A DNA stretch of 40,880 nt from a virus (IMGVR_UViG_3300043748_000009:1-40880), one strand, 5' to 3'; shown: positions 26,569 through 34,158, numbered from the stretch's first letter. The notes: generated by a model from the sequence alone, not told the origin. Made by a program: numbers and translations.

Positions 26569-27806
26569 AGAACAGCCCCTAGTGCGTCAGCCTTCGGCGC
26601 GGACGGGGAAGCTTCCGTGTCCTTCATAGGCTTCACGTTGCTGTTCAGCGGCGCAGAAATGTCGTCGCCACCATCGACCGGGCCGAAGTTCTCAAGTGCC
26701 CTGATCTCGTTCTGAGTCAGGATTCCGGCGGAACGAGCGGCGGAGTACACCGCGTACCGGCCCGCTGTATCGGTGCGAAGCAGCGCGTCAACGTTGAACT
26801 TCGCAGACTGAGGGCGCGGAAGCATGGCGGACCACGCGTCTTCGAAACGGCCTAGCCAGGAAGACAGCGTGTAGGCCAGGAAGCCAAGTCCCTGTTGCTC
26901 AATGCCTGTGCCCCATGACGTTGTCTTGTCCACCTGGCCGAGCATGTGAGGCGGAATTCCAAACAACATGGCTATGTCGAGATTCTGAGCGGCTCGCGTG
27001 CCTAGGAACTGCGCGTCATCAGGCGTGACAGAAATGGGCTTCCACTTCGCGCCGCCGCTGAGTACACCAACCGTGTGCGAGTTCTTCAGCCCAGCGTGCG
27101 AGGCAGAAAAATTCTCCTTGATTCGGCGGGCCCGATCGATATCTAGGTCAGCTTCGATCTCGACAACGCCAGTCATGTGCGCGCCTTCGCCGAAGAACCG
27201 CGCTCCGAACTCTTCCGCAGCGAGACCCAGACCGATTGCCTGCCTGGCGTAGCTGATGACGCTCAGGCCGGTAGGCGATTCGGGGTAGGACATGCCCATG
27301 ATGTGAACGACGTCCTCAGACGCAACCGGCTTGCGGTCAATCTCGTACTTCCGGCGCCCGAACGAGTCGAATTCACAGCGGACACGATCAGGATGAATGA
27401 CCATCAGTCGAGCGGGGCGACCGTAGCTGTCTCGGGACAGCACCAGACAATAGGCGTTGCCTCGCAGGAGTAGGGACACCATCATCTGAATGAAGCCCTG
27501 ACGCCGTGTGGGCAGACCAGGGGTCGAGTTACCGCCGAAGGGGTCAGCGATGATGGCGGGCGGAGGCTCAATGGTCTTCCGCAACTCGCCGTTGGCCTTG
27601 ACAGCATCGAAGGGAAGCCCAGAAACGGCGTCTGAGAGCAGCCGAACGCATGCCGACACGGCAAGTAGCTGCATGGCCGTATCGTCCGTCACAGGGACGC
27701 CGGAGGCTGTGTACGCCGCAAGACTGCCGTTGCTCGGGATCGTCCACGGGTCGCCAGCGCCGGAGGGGCCATAGAAGCGCTTCTCAGCGCGTGAGAAGAC
27801 TCCCAT
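26565..27806 (-). CDS. Portal protein, HK97 family
   Basis: V.ACV..L...V..LP, LLLRGNAY, GLS.I, IA..FGIPP, T.NEIR.LEN. Confidence 0.95.
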   Translation of the reverse strand: MGVFSRAEKRFYGPSGAGDPWTIPSNGSLAAYTASGVPVTDDTAMQLLAVSACVRLLSDAVSGLPFDAVKANGELRKTIEPPPAIIADPFGGNSTPGLPTRRQGFIQMMVSLLLRGNAYCLVLSRDSYGRPARLMVIHPDRVRCEFDSFGRRKYEIDRKPVASEDVVHIMGMSYPESPTGLSVISYARQAIGLGLAAEEFGARFFGEGAHMTGVVEIEADLDIDRARRIKENFSASHAGLKNSHTVGVLSGGAKWKPISVTPDDAQFLGTRAAQNLDIAMLFGIPPHMLGQVDKTTSWGTGIEQQGLGFLAYTLSSWLGRFEDAWSAMLPRPQSAKFNVDALLRTDTAGRYAVYSAARSAGILTQNEIRALENFGPVDGGDDISAPLNSNVKPMKDTEASPSAPKADALGAVL

Positions 27807-27970
27807 TACTCGTCAACCGCCCAACCGGCGAGCAGAATCAGCACACCCAGCGCAGCGATTCCGGCCGTAGTGTTCCAGCGCCATGCAGCGTCCACCAGGA
27901 CACCAGCGCCCACTAGGCCAAGCATGTTGGCAGCAAGGGAACGGCTCAGCCTCCCTGCAAGCTTTTTCAT
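27806..27970 (-). CDS. Small 2-TM membrane protein, 54 aa
   Basis: Hand-translated MKKLAGRLSRSLAANMLGLVGAGVLV...; TAATG coupled to portal; a common position in HK97-type cassettes. Confidence 0.75.
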   Translation of the reverse strand: MKKLAGRLSRSLAANMLGLVGAGVLVDAAWRWNTTAGIAALGVLILLAGWAVDE

Positions 27971-27980
27971 GGGTTACCCC

Positions 27981-29498
27981 CTAAAGGTCAGCCCACGAGA
28001 AGAATTGGGGCTCAGGTTCTGGTTCGGATTCCTGGCAAGCACGTTCCAGCGCCATAACGGCGGAAACGGCAAGGTCGATCTTTCGGGGCGAGCCCTTAGC
28101 GTCCTTAGACAGGCGCGAGCCGCGCGAATCGGTGCGCAGAATGCAGTTAGACAGGTGGCGCGCTAGGCGCGGGTCGCCGGAGTGCGTCAGCGTCTTGTTT
28201 AGAACCGCTTCGTAGTACCGCTGAGTCGCTGGGACCATGCGGGCCGGACTCTGCGGGAATTCCACGATCGGCAAACCCTCGGATTCAAGGATTTGGTACG
28301 TGCGCGCCCAGCGGAACGGGTCACAGACGATCTCGCGCACCTGCCAGCGGCGGCATGCCTTACGAATCTCGTCTTCCACATCAAAGATGGGGACTGACCA
28401 GTCTTGACCGGCGTCCGTAGGCTTTTCCCACGCTGCAACCACGTCAATGTGTGGCTTCTCGTCTTCGCCCTGCGGGCAGGTGACGACCACCAACGCAGTT
28501 GAGTCGTTGTTGAACGAGCCATCGAACCCTAGGACCACTTCGGTTCCCGACTCGATCGGCTCGCTGTCGCCAGCGCACTCGTCCCAGGCACCAGCGGGAA
28601 GCCATGCCTGAGCGGTTGCAACCCACTGGTTCATTCGCTTCGTACGGAACTCAGACTCAGGGGTGCGGAGTACGGAGGAATGGAAGTCTTCAACCGAGAC
28701 GATGTCACCTAGGCCAGGATTGGCCATTGCCCACACTTCGGGGTCACGGTGGTCCGCATTTTCCGGAGCGCCCCACCACTCGAAGTAGAAAGCAGGGTCA
28801 TCGACTTCGCCCCGTACGATCTTCTCGCCGTACTGGTACATGCCGTAACACAGCGAGTCGCCACCGGAGCTATCCGACTTCACGCCAGCGGTAGTGATGC
28901 CCACCATCATGGGTTCAACACGGGCGCCGGAAGCCAGGGACATGACGTCCCAGAGTTCACGGGTTGGCTGTGCGTGGACTTCATCCGCAATCGTCAGGTG
29001 AGGGTTCAGACCCTCCTTGGTGAATGCCTCAGCGGAGAGGACCCGGTAAACCGATCCGGTGGCCGGAAGCTCAATGGCGTCACGGTAGACGTTGAAGCTG
29101 TTCGCCATGCTTGGCTCTAGCTCAATCATCTTCTTGGCCGTGCCAAAGACGATGCGCGCTTGTTCCTTGTCCGCAGCGATGGAGTAAACCTCACCACCAC
29201 GCGGACCGGACACAAGTCCGAAGATGGCCAGCGCAGCACCAACGGCGCTCTTGCCATTCTTACGGGGCATGCCCACGAGTGCCTGACGATGCTTGTACCG
29301 TCCGTCAGGACGTCGAGCGAGCAGCCTGCCGAATAGCTCACGCTGCCAGGGGCGGAACTCCAGTAGCGAGCCGCTAGAACCGCCCACAGAGTCCTTTGTG
29401 ACCCGTAGGAATGCCTCGCTGAAGCTCACGAAGTCTGAACCGTCGCCCCGCTTCACATCAGCGGCGGAAACCGGGGTCAGCAGATAGGGCGAACCCAC
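27981..29498 (-). CDS. terL: Terminase large subunit
   Basis: PWQ, RKNGKS Walker A, DEVH Walker B, ITTAG, GFDGS..DST, KIDLAVS. Confidence 0.96.
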   Translation of the reverse strand: MGSPYLLTPVSAADVKRGDGSDFVSFSEAFLRVTKDSVGGSSGSLLEFRPWQRELFGRLLARRPDGRYKHRQALVGMPRKNGKSAVGAALAIFGLVSGPRGGEVYSIAADKEQARIVFGTAKKMIELEPSMANSFNVYRDAIELPATGSVYRVLSAEAFTKEGLNPHLTIADEVHAQPTRELWDVMSLASGARVEPMMVGITTAGVKSDSSGGDSLCYGMYQYGEKIVRGEVDDPAFYFEWWGAPENADHRDPEVWAMANPGLGDIVSVEDFHSSVLRTPESEFRTKRMNQWVATAQAWLPAGAWDECAGDSEPIESGTEVVLGFDGSFNNDSTALVVVTCPQGEDEKPHIDVVAAWEKPTDAGQDWSVPIFDVEDEIRKACRRWQVREIVCDPFRWARTYQILESEGLPIVEFPQSPARMVPATQRYYEAVLNKTLTHSGDPRLARHLSNCILRTDSRGSRLSKDAKGSPRKIDLAVSAVMALERACQESEPEPEPQFFSWADL

Positions 29499-29503
29499 CT
29501 GGG

Positions 29504-29525
29504 CACCTCCGGAAATCCGTATGTG
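29504..29525. promoter_or_regulatory. 22-bp operator-like palindrome (SD-bearing variant)
   Basis: CACCTCCGGAAATCCGTATGTG; GGAGGTG is the terL RBS. Confidence 0.8.
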
Positions 29526-29527
29526 GT

Positions 29528-29998
29528 CTAGTTGCCAGCCTTTTTGGCTAGGAAGTCTTCGAAGGCGTTCCGGGCCTTGACTTCGGCCAGCCCCATTCGC
29601 GTTCGGTCAGTCGGTGTGAGACCCAGCGCGCTGAAGAGCTTCGCTATTTCGGTCTCAATGGTGCTCAGCATGCCAACCAGCGGGTTGGGGTAGGCATACG
29701 CCTTATCCGTAAAGAGCACCAGATCACTCGCGTCTAGCTGCGCTTTCATCTGCTCGCGCCGGTCCACCTTTTCGCAGAGCAATTCCAGCGTTGGGCGGTC
29801 CGTATCAGCGAGCCAGGCAGCGCCGGAAACGATCCGGGCGTACAGCTCAGCGCCAGTGGGGCCAAGGTGCGCAGGAACACTCTCTGTGAGCGGCACAGCG
29901 TCATGGACAGTGGCCGGATCAGGCAAAGGGCGGGCGCCAGGATTCCCTAGTTTCCGCTTACGCTCCGCAGGCACGGGAGGGCGGCCAACATTCGCCAC
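29528..29998 (-). CDS. terS: Terminase small subunit, P27 family
   Basis: GRPP.P...K..GNPG.RPL, P.HL, NP, LGLTP.DR.R; GTG 29998 with AAGGGGG RBS. Confidence 0.9.
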   Translation of the reverse strand: MANVGRPPVPAERKRKLGNPGARPLPDPATVHDAVPLTESVPAHLGPTGAELYARIVSGAAWLADTDRPTLELLCEKVDRREQMKAQLDASDLVLFTDKAYAYPNPLVGMLSTIETEIAKLFSALGLTPTDRTRMGLAEVKARNAFEDFLAKKAGN

Positions 29999-30101
29999 TA
30001 TTCCCCCTTGCCGGACGTGTTTTCTGCATAAATATGCGAGTTCGGAGCGATTTTGGGCCGAAACCCCCGGGGTCTGAATTTCGCAGCGGTGTTCCCAGCC
30101 A

Positions 30102-30112
30102 TGGGGGCCGGG
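30102..30112 (-). other. Candidate cos site (cohesive end)
   Basis: Minus strand CCCGGCCCCCA in the HNH-terS intergenic region, between inverted AT-rich arms at 30020-30040 and 30155-30177. Confidence 0.55.
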
Positions 30113-30234
30113 TCCCCGCGATGATCTTCGCCGGAGATTGAACCGCCCCCCGGTCTCGCATACATATGCAAGAAAAAGCCTTCGGCTATGCATTGCTATG
30201 CAGTCACAGCGAGGCAGGCCAGCCCAGATAATTA

Positions 30235-30573
30235 CTACAGAGCGTCACGCTTGCGAGAGTTGCAGGCTCGGCACAACACACGGAGATTGCCCCGGTCATG
30301 AGTGCCACCCAGCGCCAATGGCTGTATGTGGTCGACAGTGAGATCCCCTGCGCTATGGGCGGGAACTCCCCACCCTGGGCAAAGGTCACCGTGGCTAGCC
30401 CTGTGCTCTGCTATCAGTGTTCTAGCTATAGCTCTGTACTTACTGGTGTACCCACGCTGTGTACTACTGCCACGCATACGCTCGCGCTGCGCCATGTACA
30501 CCGATTGGCATGCATCACAGCGGGAAGGATTGCTAGTCAGTCGCATACAGCGCAGGCAAGGGCGCCTAGCCAT
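30235..30573 (-). CDS. Terminase-associated HNH endonuclease
   Basis: RGY...Y, VDHIQPL..GG....NL..LC..CN..K; adjacent to cos/terS as for HK97 gp74. Confidence 0.88.
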   Translation of the reverse strand: MARRPCLRCMRLTSNPSRCDACQSVYMAQRERMRGSSTQRGYTSKYRAIARTLIAEHRASHGDLCPGWGVPAHSAGDLTVDHIQPLALGGTHDRGNLRVLCRACNSRKRDAL

Positions 30574-30908
30574 CAGTGCTGTACCAATGGGTTATTCACC
30601 GGTGTAGGCGCAGGCTCAGGCGTACAGTCGCAAGTGGGCAGTGCTGGGCTTCTAGGGCCATCACAGGTGCTTTGATGAACCCGTACAGCAAGGTCAGCAG
30701 ATACCGAATGCTGAGCACACCCATATACAGGGACAGTGGTATTAGTGGCGTCTGGCATAGGGCCGAAATCCGGAGGGTTTACCGGATCAGGCGTATGCGC
30801 TGTGCGCCAGGCTTGCTCTGTAGCGTCGATGCTGACTAGTTCGGCAGCAGTAGGGCGCCGATTCCACTGGAGTGCAGCAGCAGCGCCACAGGCATCACAG
30901 ACAGCCAT
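30573..30908 (-). CDS. Cys/Pro-rich hypothetical protein, 111 aa
   Basis: Tightly coupled to both neighbours; CDAC, C..H, CDC. Confidence 0.75.
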   Translation of the reverse strand: MAVCDACGAAAALQWNRRPTAAELVSIDATEQAWRTAHTPDPVNPPDFGPMPDATNTTVPVYGCAQHSVSADLAVRVHQSTCDGPRSPALPTCDCTPEPAPTPVNNPLVQH

Positions 30909-31406
30909 TTAGGCTCCAATCAGCTTGGCAAGGTCGCCAGGTGCAACGTCGCCAGCGATACGGCCCGGGAAAAGCTCAATGCCAGCGCGCCGGTAACACT
31001 CGTCTACGAGCTGACTGCAAATCATGTGATCTGTGGTCGACACGTAGCGCTCAAGCGACTTGCTGTGCAGTAGACGAGCCTCGCCAATGGCTAGGTAGTC
31101 AAGGAAGGAATACGGAGTACCGATCAGGCTTTCAGCGGCGGAAACGATGGCGCTTCGCTGGGCTTCGCTCAGATCGAAATCCGAGTAAGCAGCAGTCTTG
31201 CGACCCTGCAAAGCGTGCGACAGAAGAGCCTTGCGGGCGCCTCCGGGCTCAGCTTCGATGATCTCGCCGTTGCCCAGGTAGACGAAGGCGTGAGTGTAGA
31301 AACTGCCGCTTCCCACTACGCGCTGACCCAGGCTCACGAGCTTGCCAGTGGTACCGGCTATGCGAGTCAGCCCGAAGTCACCAGGGCTCGGGTACTGAGT
31401 CTTCAC
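30909..31406 (-). CDS. Permuted papain-like NlpC/P60 enzyme (YiiX/YaeF-like)
   Basis: PGD, THAFVY..IIEA, G.PY, ICSQLV..Y with His before Cys; GTG 31406 (ORF-track start overlaps tRNA-Leu). Confidence 0.85.
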   Translation of the reverse strand: MKTQYPSPGDFGLTRIAGTTGKLVSLGQRVVGSGSFYTHAFVYLGNGEIIEAEPGGARKALLSHALQGRKTAAYSDFDLSEAQRSAIVSAAESLIGTPYSFLDYLAIGEARLLHSKSLERYVSTTDHMICSQLVDECYRRAGIELFPGRIAGDVAPGDLAKLIGA

Positions 31407-31413
31407 AGCGAGG

Positions 31414-31435
31414 CACCTCCGGAAATCCGTATGTG
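31414..31435. promoter_or_regulatory. 22-bp operator-like palindrome (SD-bearing variant)
   Basis: CACCTCCGGAAATCCGTATGTG; overlaps the CCA end of tRNA-Leu. Confidence 0.8.
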
Positions 31436-31517
31436 GTCCGCTGAGAGGGATTCGAACCCCCATGCCCGAAGGCAGCAGGGTCTAAGCCTGCCGTGTCTCC
31501 CGTTCCACCATCAGCGG
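31434..31517 (-). tRNA. tRNA-Leu(TAG)
   Basis: Acceptor CCGCTGA/TCAGCGG, anticodon arm GCAGG-CTTAGAC-CCTGC, long variable arm, GTTCGAATC, encoded CCA. Confidence 0.92.
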
Positions 31518-31522
31518 GTGAG

Positions 31523-31593
31523 CTTCGCGTCATGGATTCGAACCACAATTTCAGGGGCCAGAACCCTGCGTACTGCCGTTGTACGAACGCGAA
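31523..31593 (-). tRNA. tRNA-Gln(CTG)
   Basis: Acceptor TTCGCGT/ACGCGAA, arm CAGGG-TTCTGGC-CCCTG, GTTCGAATC; no encoded CCA. Confidence 0.88.
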
Positions 31594-31598
31594 TCGAG

Positions 31599-31671
31599 CT
31601 GACTTGCCTGGGATCGAACCAGGAACCTGCGGAGTAACAATCCGCCGCTCTGCCAGTTGAGCTACAAGTCA
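31599..31671 (-). tRNA. tRNA-Asn(GTT)
   Basis: Acceptor TGACTTG/CAAGTCA, arm GCGGA-TTGTTAC-TCCGC, GTTCGATCC; no encoded CCA. Confidence 0.9.
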
Positions 31672-31786
31672 AAGTTTTAGGGCTACTCGCTGCTCACTTC
31701 GATGGTGACTAGCCACCTAGTTTGAGCCGGTTTCACCCAGGGGCGCATATCGTGTGCCAGTCACGGCTTATTGTCTGCGCCCTACG
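31672..31786 (-). ncRNA. Putative structured RNA within tRNA array
   Basis: 115-nt spacer with several complementary segments; other spacers in the array are 5 nt. Confidence 0.4.
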
Positions 31787-31859
31787 CGCTCCATACCGGA
31801 TTTGAACCGGTGACATCCCGCTCGACAGGCGGGCGCTCTGACCACTGAGCTAATGAAGC
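31787..31859 (-). tRNA. tRNA-Asp(GTC)
   Basis: Acceptor GCTTCAT/ATGGAGC, arm CCCGC-CTGTCGA-GCGGG, GTTCAAATC; no encoded CCA. Confidence 0.9.
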
Positions 31860-31862
31860 TTG

Positions 31863-31911
31863 GGCCCTGGGACTCAACCTTGGGAGAGAGGCAAGGGAGT
31901 CAACCAGGGCC
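31863..31911 (-). ncRNA. Long hairpin with CCUCUCUCC loop (candidate small RNA)
   Basis: GGCCCTGG-tt-GACTC-CCTTG [CCTCTCTCC] CAAGG-tt-GAGTC-CCAGGGCC, ending 3 nt before tRNA-Asp. Confidence 0.45.
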
Positions 31912-31987
31912 GTTCTGGGCGCGTGTCCTCGGTCCGCCTAATGGGTTCGCCTTGATGCGCGGGAACTACCGGCCCATACCTTATTTA

Positions 31988-32004
31988 TATCGGGTGAAGG
32001 GTCT
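31988..32004 (-). promoter_or_regulatory. Phage-specific promoter-like motif (tRNA/late operon)
   Basis: TATCGGGTGAAGGGTCT upstream of tRNA array. Confidence 0.65.
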
Positions 32005-32015
32005 CAGGATGGTCG

Positions 32016-32110
32016 AGTGACGAAGTGACGTTTCATACCCCGGTTTCACAAAACCTATAGGTTTTCTTATGGGTTTGTGAGATCAGGGGTCAAATCGTCA
32101 CTTCATCACT
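32016..32110. repeat. 95-bp palindromic element, copy 2
   Basis: Same 15-bp arms and spacing as 7970-8064. Confidence 0.85.
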
Positions 32111-32243
32111 TTGGCCTGGTCAGAGGGTATGTTGATCTTGTTGTTGAGAAGACGAATCGTCACGGCCCTGCCCGCTGGAACGCAAAAGGGTGGCCACAGA
32201 CCGAAGTCCGTGACCACCCTGTTACCTGGGAGCGTGACCCAGC

Positions 32244-32522
32244 TTACTTCTGCTGCATGAACCTGGTTGCCCTCACTGCTCGCTTCAACCCGTCCAGACC
32301 TCCCAGCGCGTCAATGCACTCGACGCAGGTAACGCAGATTCCCACTCCATCGATGGCCGTTCCGCAGACAGCGCATGAGTCCTTACGCATGCCTGCCTTA
32401 TATGCCGCCATCTCGTCAGCCTTGCAGCGCGAGCAGCGATTGAACCTGTTCTTCCCGCCAGCGGGGTACTCACTGATCGGTTTCGTCTGCCCACACCTGG
32501 GGCACCTGTGCGTGTTGTTCAT
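32244..32522 (-). CDS. Cys-rich zinc-finger protein
   Basis: Four CxxC pairs; ATGA overlap with integrase stop. Confidence 0.75.
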   Translation of the reverse strand: MNNTHRCPRCGQTKPISEYPAGGKNRFNRCSRCKADEMAAYKAGMRKDSCAVCGTAIDGVGICVTCVECIDALGGLDGLKRAVRATRFMQQK

Positions 32523-34060
32523 GCCGCCCACTTGATCTCTACGCGCTTATCACCATCGAAACGGGCCTGATCCTTCGGACCGTTCGCCTGCTTGATGACG
32601 ATCTTGTCGATAGCCAGTCCCAGCAAGTCACGGCGCATGTCCTGATCGGCGTCTTCCCAGGCTTCACGCGCTGACTCTTCGTCCAGCAAGAAGGAGATAT
32701 TCACCGTTCCCCCTCCGTGCTCGCGCATCGCTGCCTGTGCTGCGTTCCAGTCGCTCATAGCTTCGTCGTAGGCAGTCTGGAAGAACCGTGCTGCGGGTCC
32801 TTCGTACAGTCCGGCCCTGCGGTCCCTCAGCAGCCTCTCTAGCGTCGCCTCAGACTGCTTGAGCATCTCTATTGCCTGGTGGAGTTCTGCGGACTCTTCC
32901 GGCTTCGTGAGGGCTTGCCAGCGCTCCGCCACGATGGCTAGTAGCGGGTCATCAGGGTCAGCGTTGGTGAGCCGTGCCAGCCACGCGGAAGCTACGTACT
33001 TCTCGACGGGTGGCCGGAATGCGGAGGCAGGCGTTCCGCATGACTCGCCAGCGTGCAGGGCACTGGTGCACGTGTAGGAACGGCTCGACACTGGCGCCGC
33101 TCGACCACAGGTGCACTTGGTCAGTCCGGTCAGCAGATGCGTTGCCTTGCCCTGGTACACCTTGCTGGGCTTGCTGTGGCCTTGAAGCTTGCGCACGGCA
33201 CGGGTCCGCTGAGCGTCGCTGACAAGCTCCACACCGACCCGTACGCGCCTGCCTTTGGGGTCTGTGTAGATCACGCCCCGCTGGGTCCCTATGCAATGCA
33301 CCTGCCAGCCGCTGAATGCAGCGTTCATGATCAGCCGATAGACAGCGTTCGCCTGCCAGGTGTCTTTTCCGGTGGGCGAAGGAATGCCGAACCGGTACAG
33401 CGCGCGAGTGATGTTGCGCAGGCTGAAGCCCAGGGCCGCAAGCCGGAAGATGCCCTGTGCCACGCGAGCCTTTGTGGGGCCGTCTGTGCGCCCAGGAATG
33501 GCAGGCGTGGTGTCGGGTACTAGGTGCCTGTCTTCGTCCGCCACAAGGCCATACGGGACCCTTCCTGACACCCATTCGCCATGGTCCCTCTGCCACGTCT
33601 TCGTGTCGGTCACGCGCTGGCTGATCCGGGCCGACTCGTCGCGCGCGTCTTCGGCCTTCCACATGATCATGCGCCGGTGGTTTGGGTCAGAGCTGTCTAG
33701 ACCATCTTCGCCAAAGATGATCCGGGCGCCGGACTGCTCAAGGTTCTCAAGGACGCTCAGAACGGCCAGCGCACCCTTGCGGCTGAACCGGTCCAGCTTG
33801 TAGCACCACAGCGTTTTGATCTCGCCACGCGCCAGCGCAAGGAGTGCCTTGTCATAGTCGGGGCGCTTGACGTCCTTCGAAGCGCTCAGCGTGTCTTGCC
33901 ATACTTTTCGAACACGCAAGCGATTCCATGTCGCCCAGTCTTCCCCGCGCTGAACCTGTGCCTTGGGGGACAGCTCACCCCGCCGACCGACGATCTTGAC
34001 CGACTTTCGGGCGTAGATGTCCATGAGATCGTCCGGTGACGCCTCCGTTGTTTCGCTCAT
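32519..34060 (-). CDS. int: Large serine integrase
   Basis: IYARKS catalytic Ser, SAS...RP, KLDRFSR, ES..IS.R, G..PYG, LLTGL.KC.CG zinc ribbon and coiled coil; start codon uncertain. Confidence 0.95.
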   Translation of the reverse strand: MSETTEASPDDLMDIYARKSVKIVGRRGELSPKAQVQRGEDWATWNRLRVRKVWQDTLSASKDVKRPDYDKALLALARGEIKTLWCYKLDRFSRKGALAVLSVLENLEQSGARIIFGEDGLDSSDPNHRRMIMWKAEDARDESARISQRVTDTKTWQRDHGEWVSGRVPYGLVADEDRHLVPDTTPAIPGRTDGPTKARVAQGIFRLAALGFSLRNITRALYRFGIPSPTGKDTWQANAVYRLIMNAAFSGWQVHCIGTQRGVIYTDPKGRRVRVGVELVSDAQRTRAVRKLQGHSKPSKVYQGKATHLLTGLTKCTCGRAAPVSSRSYTCTSALHAGESCGTPASAFRPPVEKYVASAWLARLTNADPDDPLLAIVAERWQALTKPEESAELHQAIEMLKQSEATLERLLRDRRAGLYEGPAARFFQTAYDEAMSDWNAAQAAMREHGGGTVNISFLLDEESAREAWEDADQDMRRDLLGLAIDKIVIKQANGPKDQARFDGDKRVEIKWAA

Positions 34061-34096
34061 GAGAGCCAGTATGCGACGTTTCCGCTGGTCAGCGCT

Positions 34097-34146
34097 AGCT
34101 ACATAGGTGTTCACGTACCCAATGATATGGGAACACCTAGGCAAGG
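34097..34146. other. Candidate attP
   Basis: TAGGTGTTC-N18-GAACACCTA inverted repeat centred on AA at 34121-34122, just upstream of int. Confidence 0.6.
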
Positions 34147-34158
34147 TCCACAGCAGGG

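Noticed and set aside
29999-30193. N-terminal extension of terS in the ORF track
   Set aside because: Overlaps the candidate cos region; P27-family motif and RBS begin at GTG 29998
31434-31517. Amber suppressor or bldA-type tRNA
   Set aside because: Anticodon reads TAG on the coding strand (decodes CUA), not CTA or TAA
31672-31786. HDV-like (theta), hammerhead or pistol ribozyme call
   Set aside because: P1/P2/P3-like topology is suggestive, but P3 is not contiguous with P1, no clear P1.1 or catalytic C in J4/2, no CUGANGA core, and TAGGGC/GCCCTAA spacing does not fit pistol; left as unknown RNA
32958-33662. 234-aa overlapping ORF inside integrase
   Set aside because: Arg/Pro/Ala-rich alternative-frame read typical of high-GC DNA; no supporting signals
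34061-34144. N-terminal extension of integrase in the ORF track
   Set aside because: Overlaps the candidate attP inverted repeat; catalytic domain starts near 34024-34060
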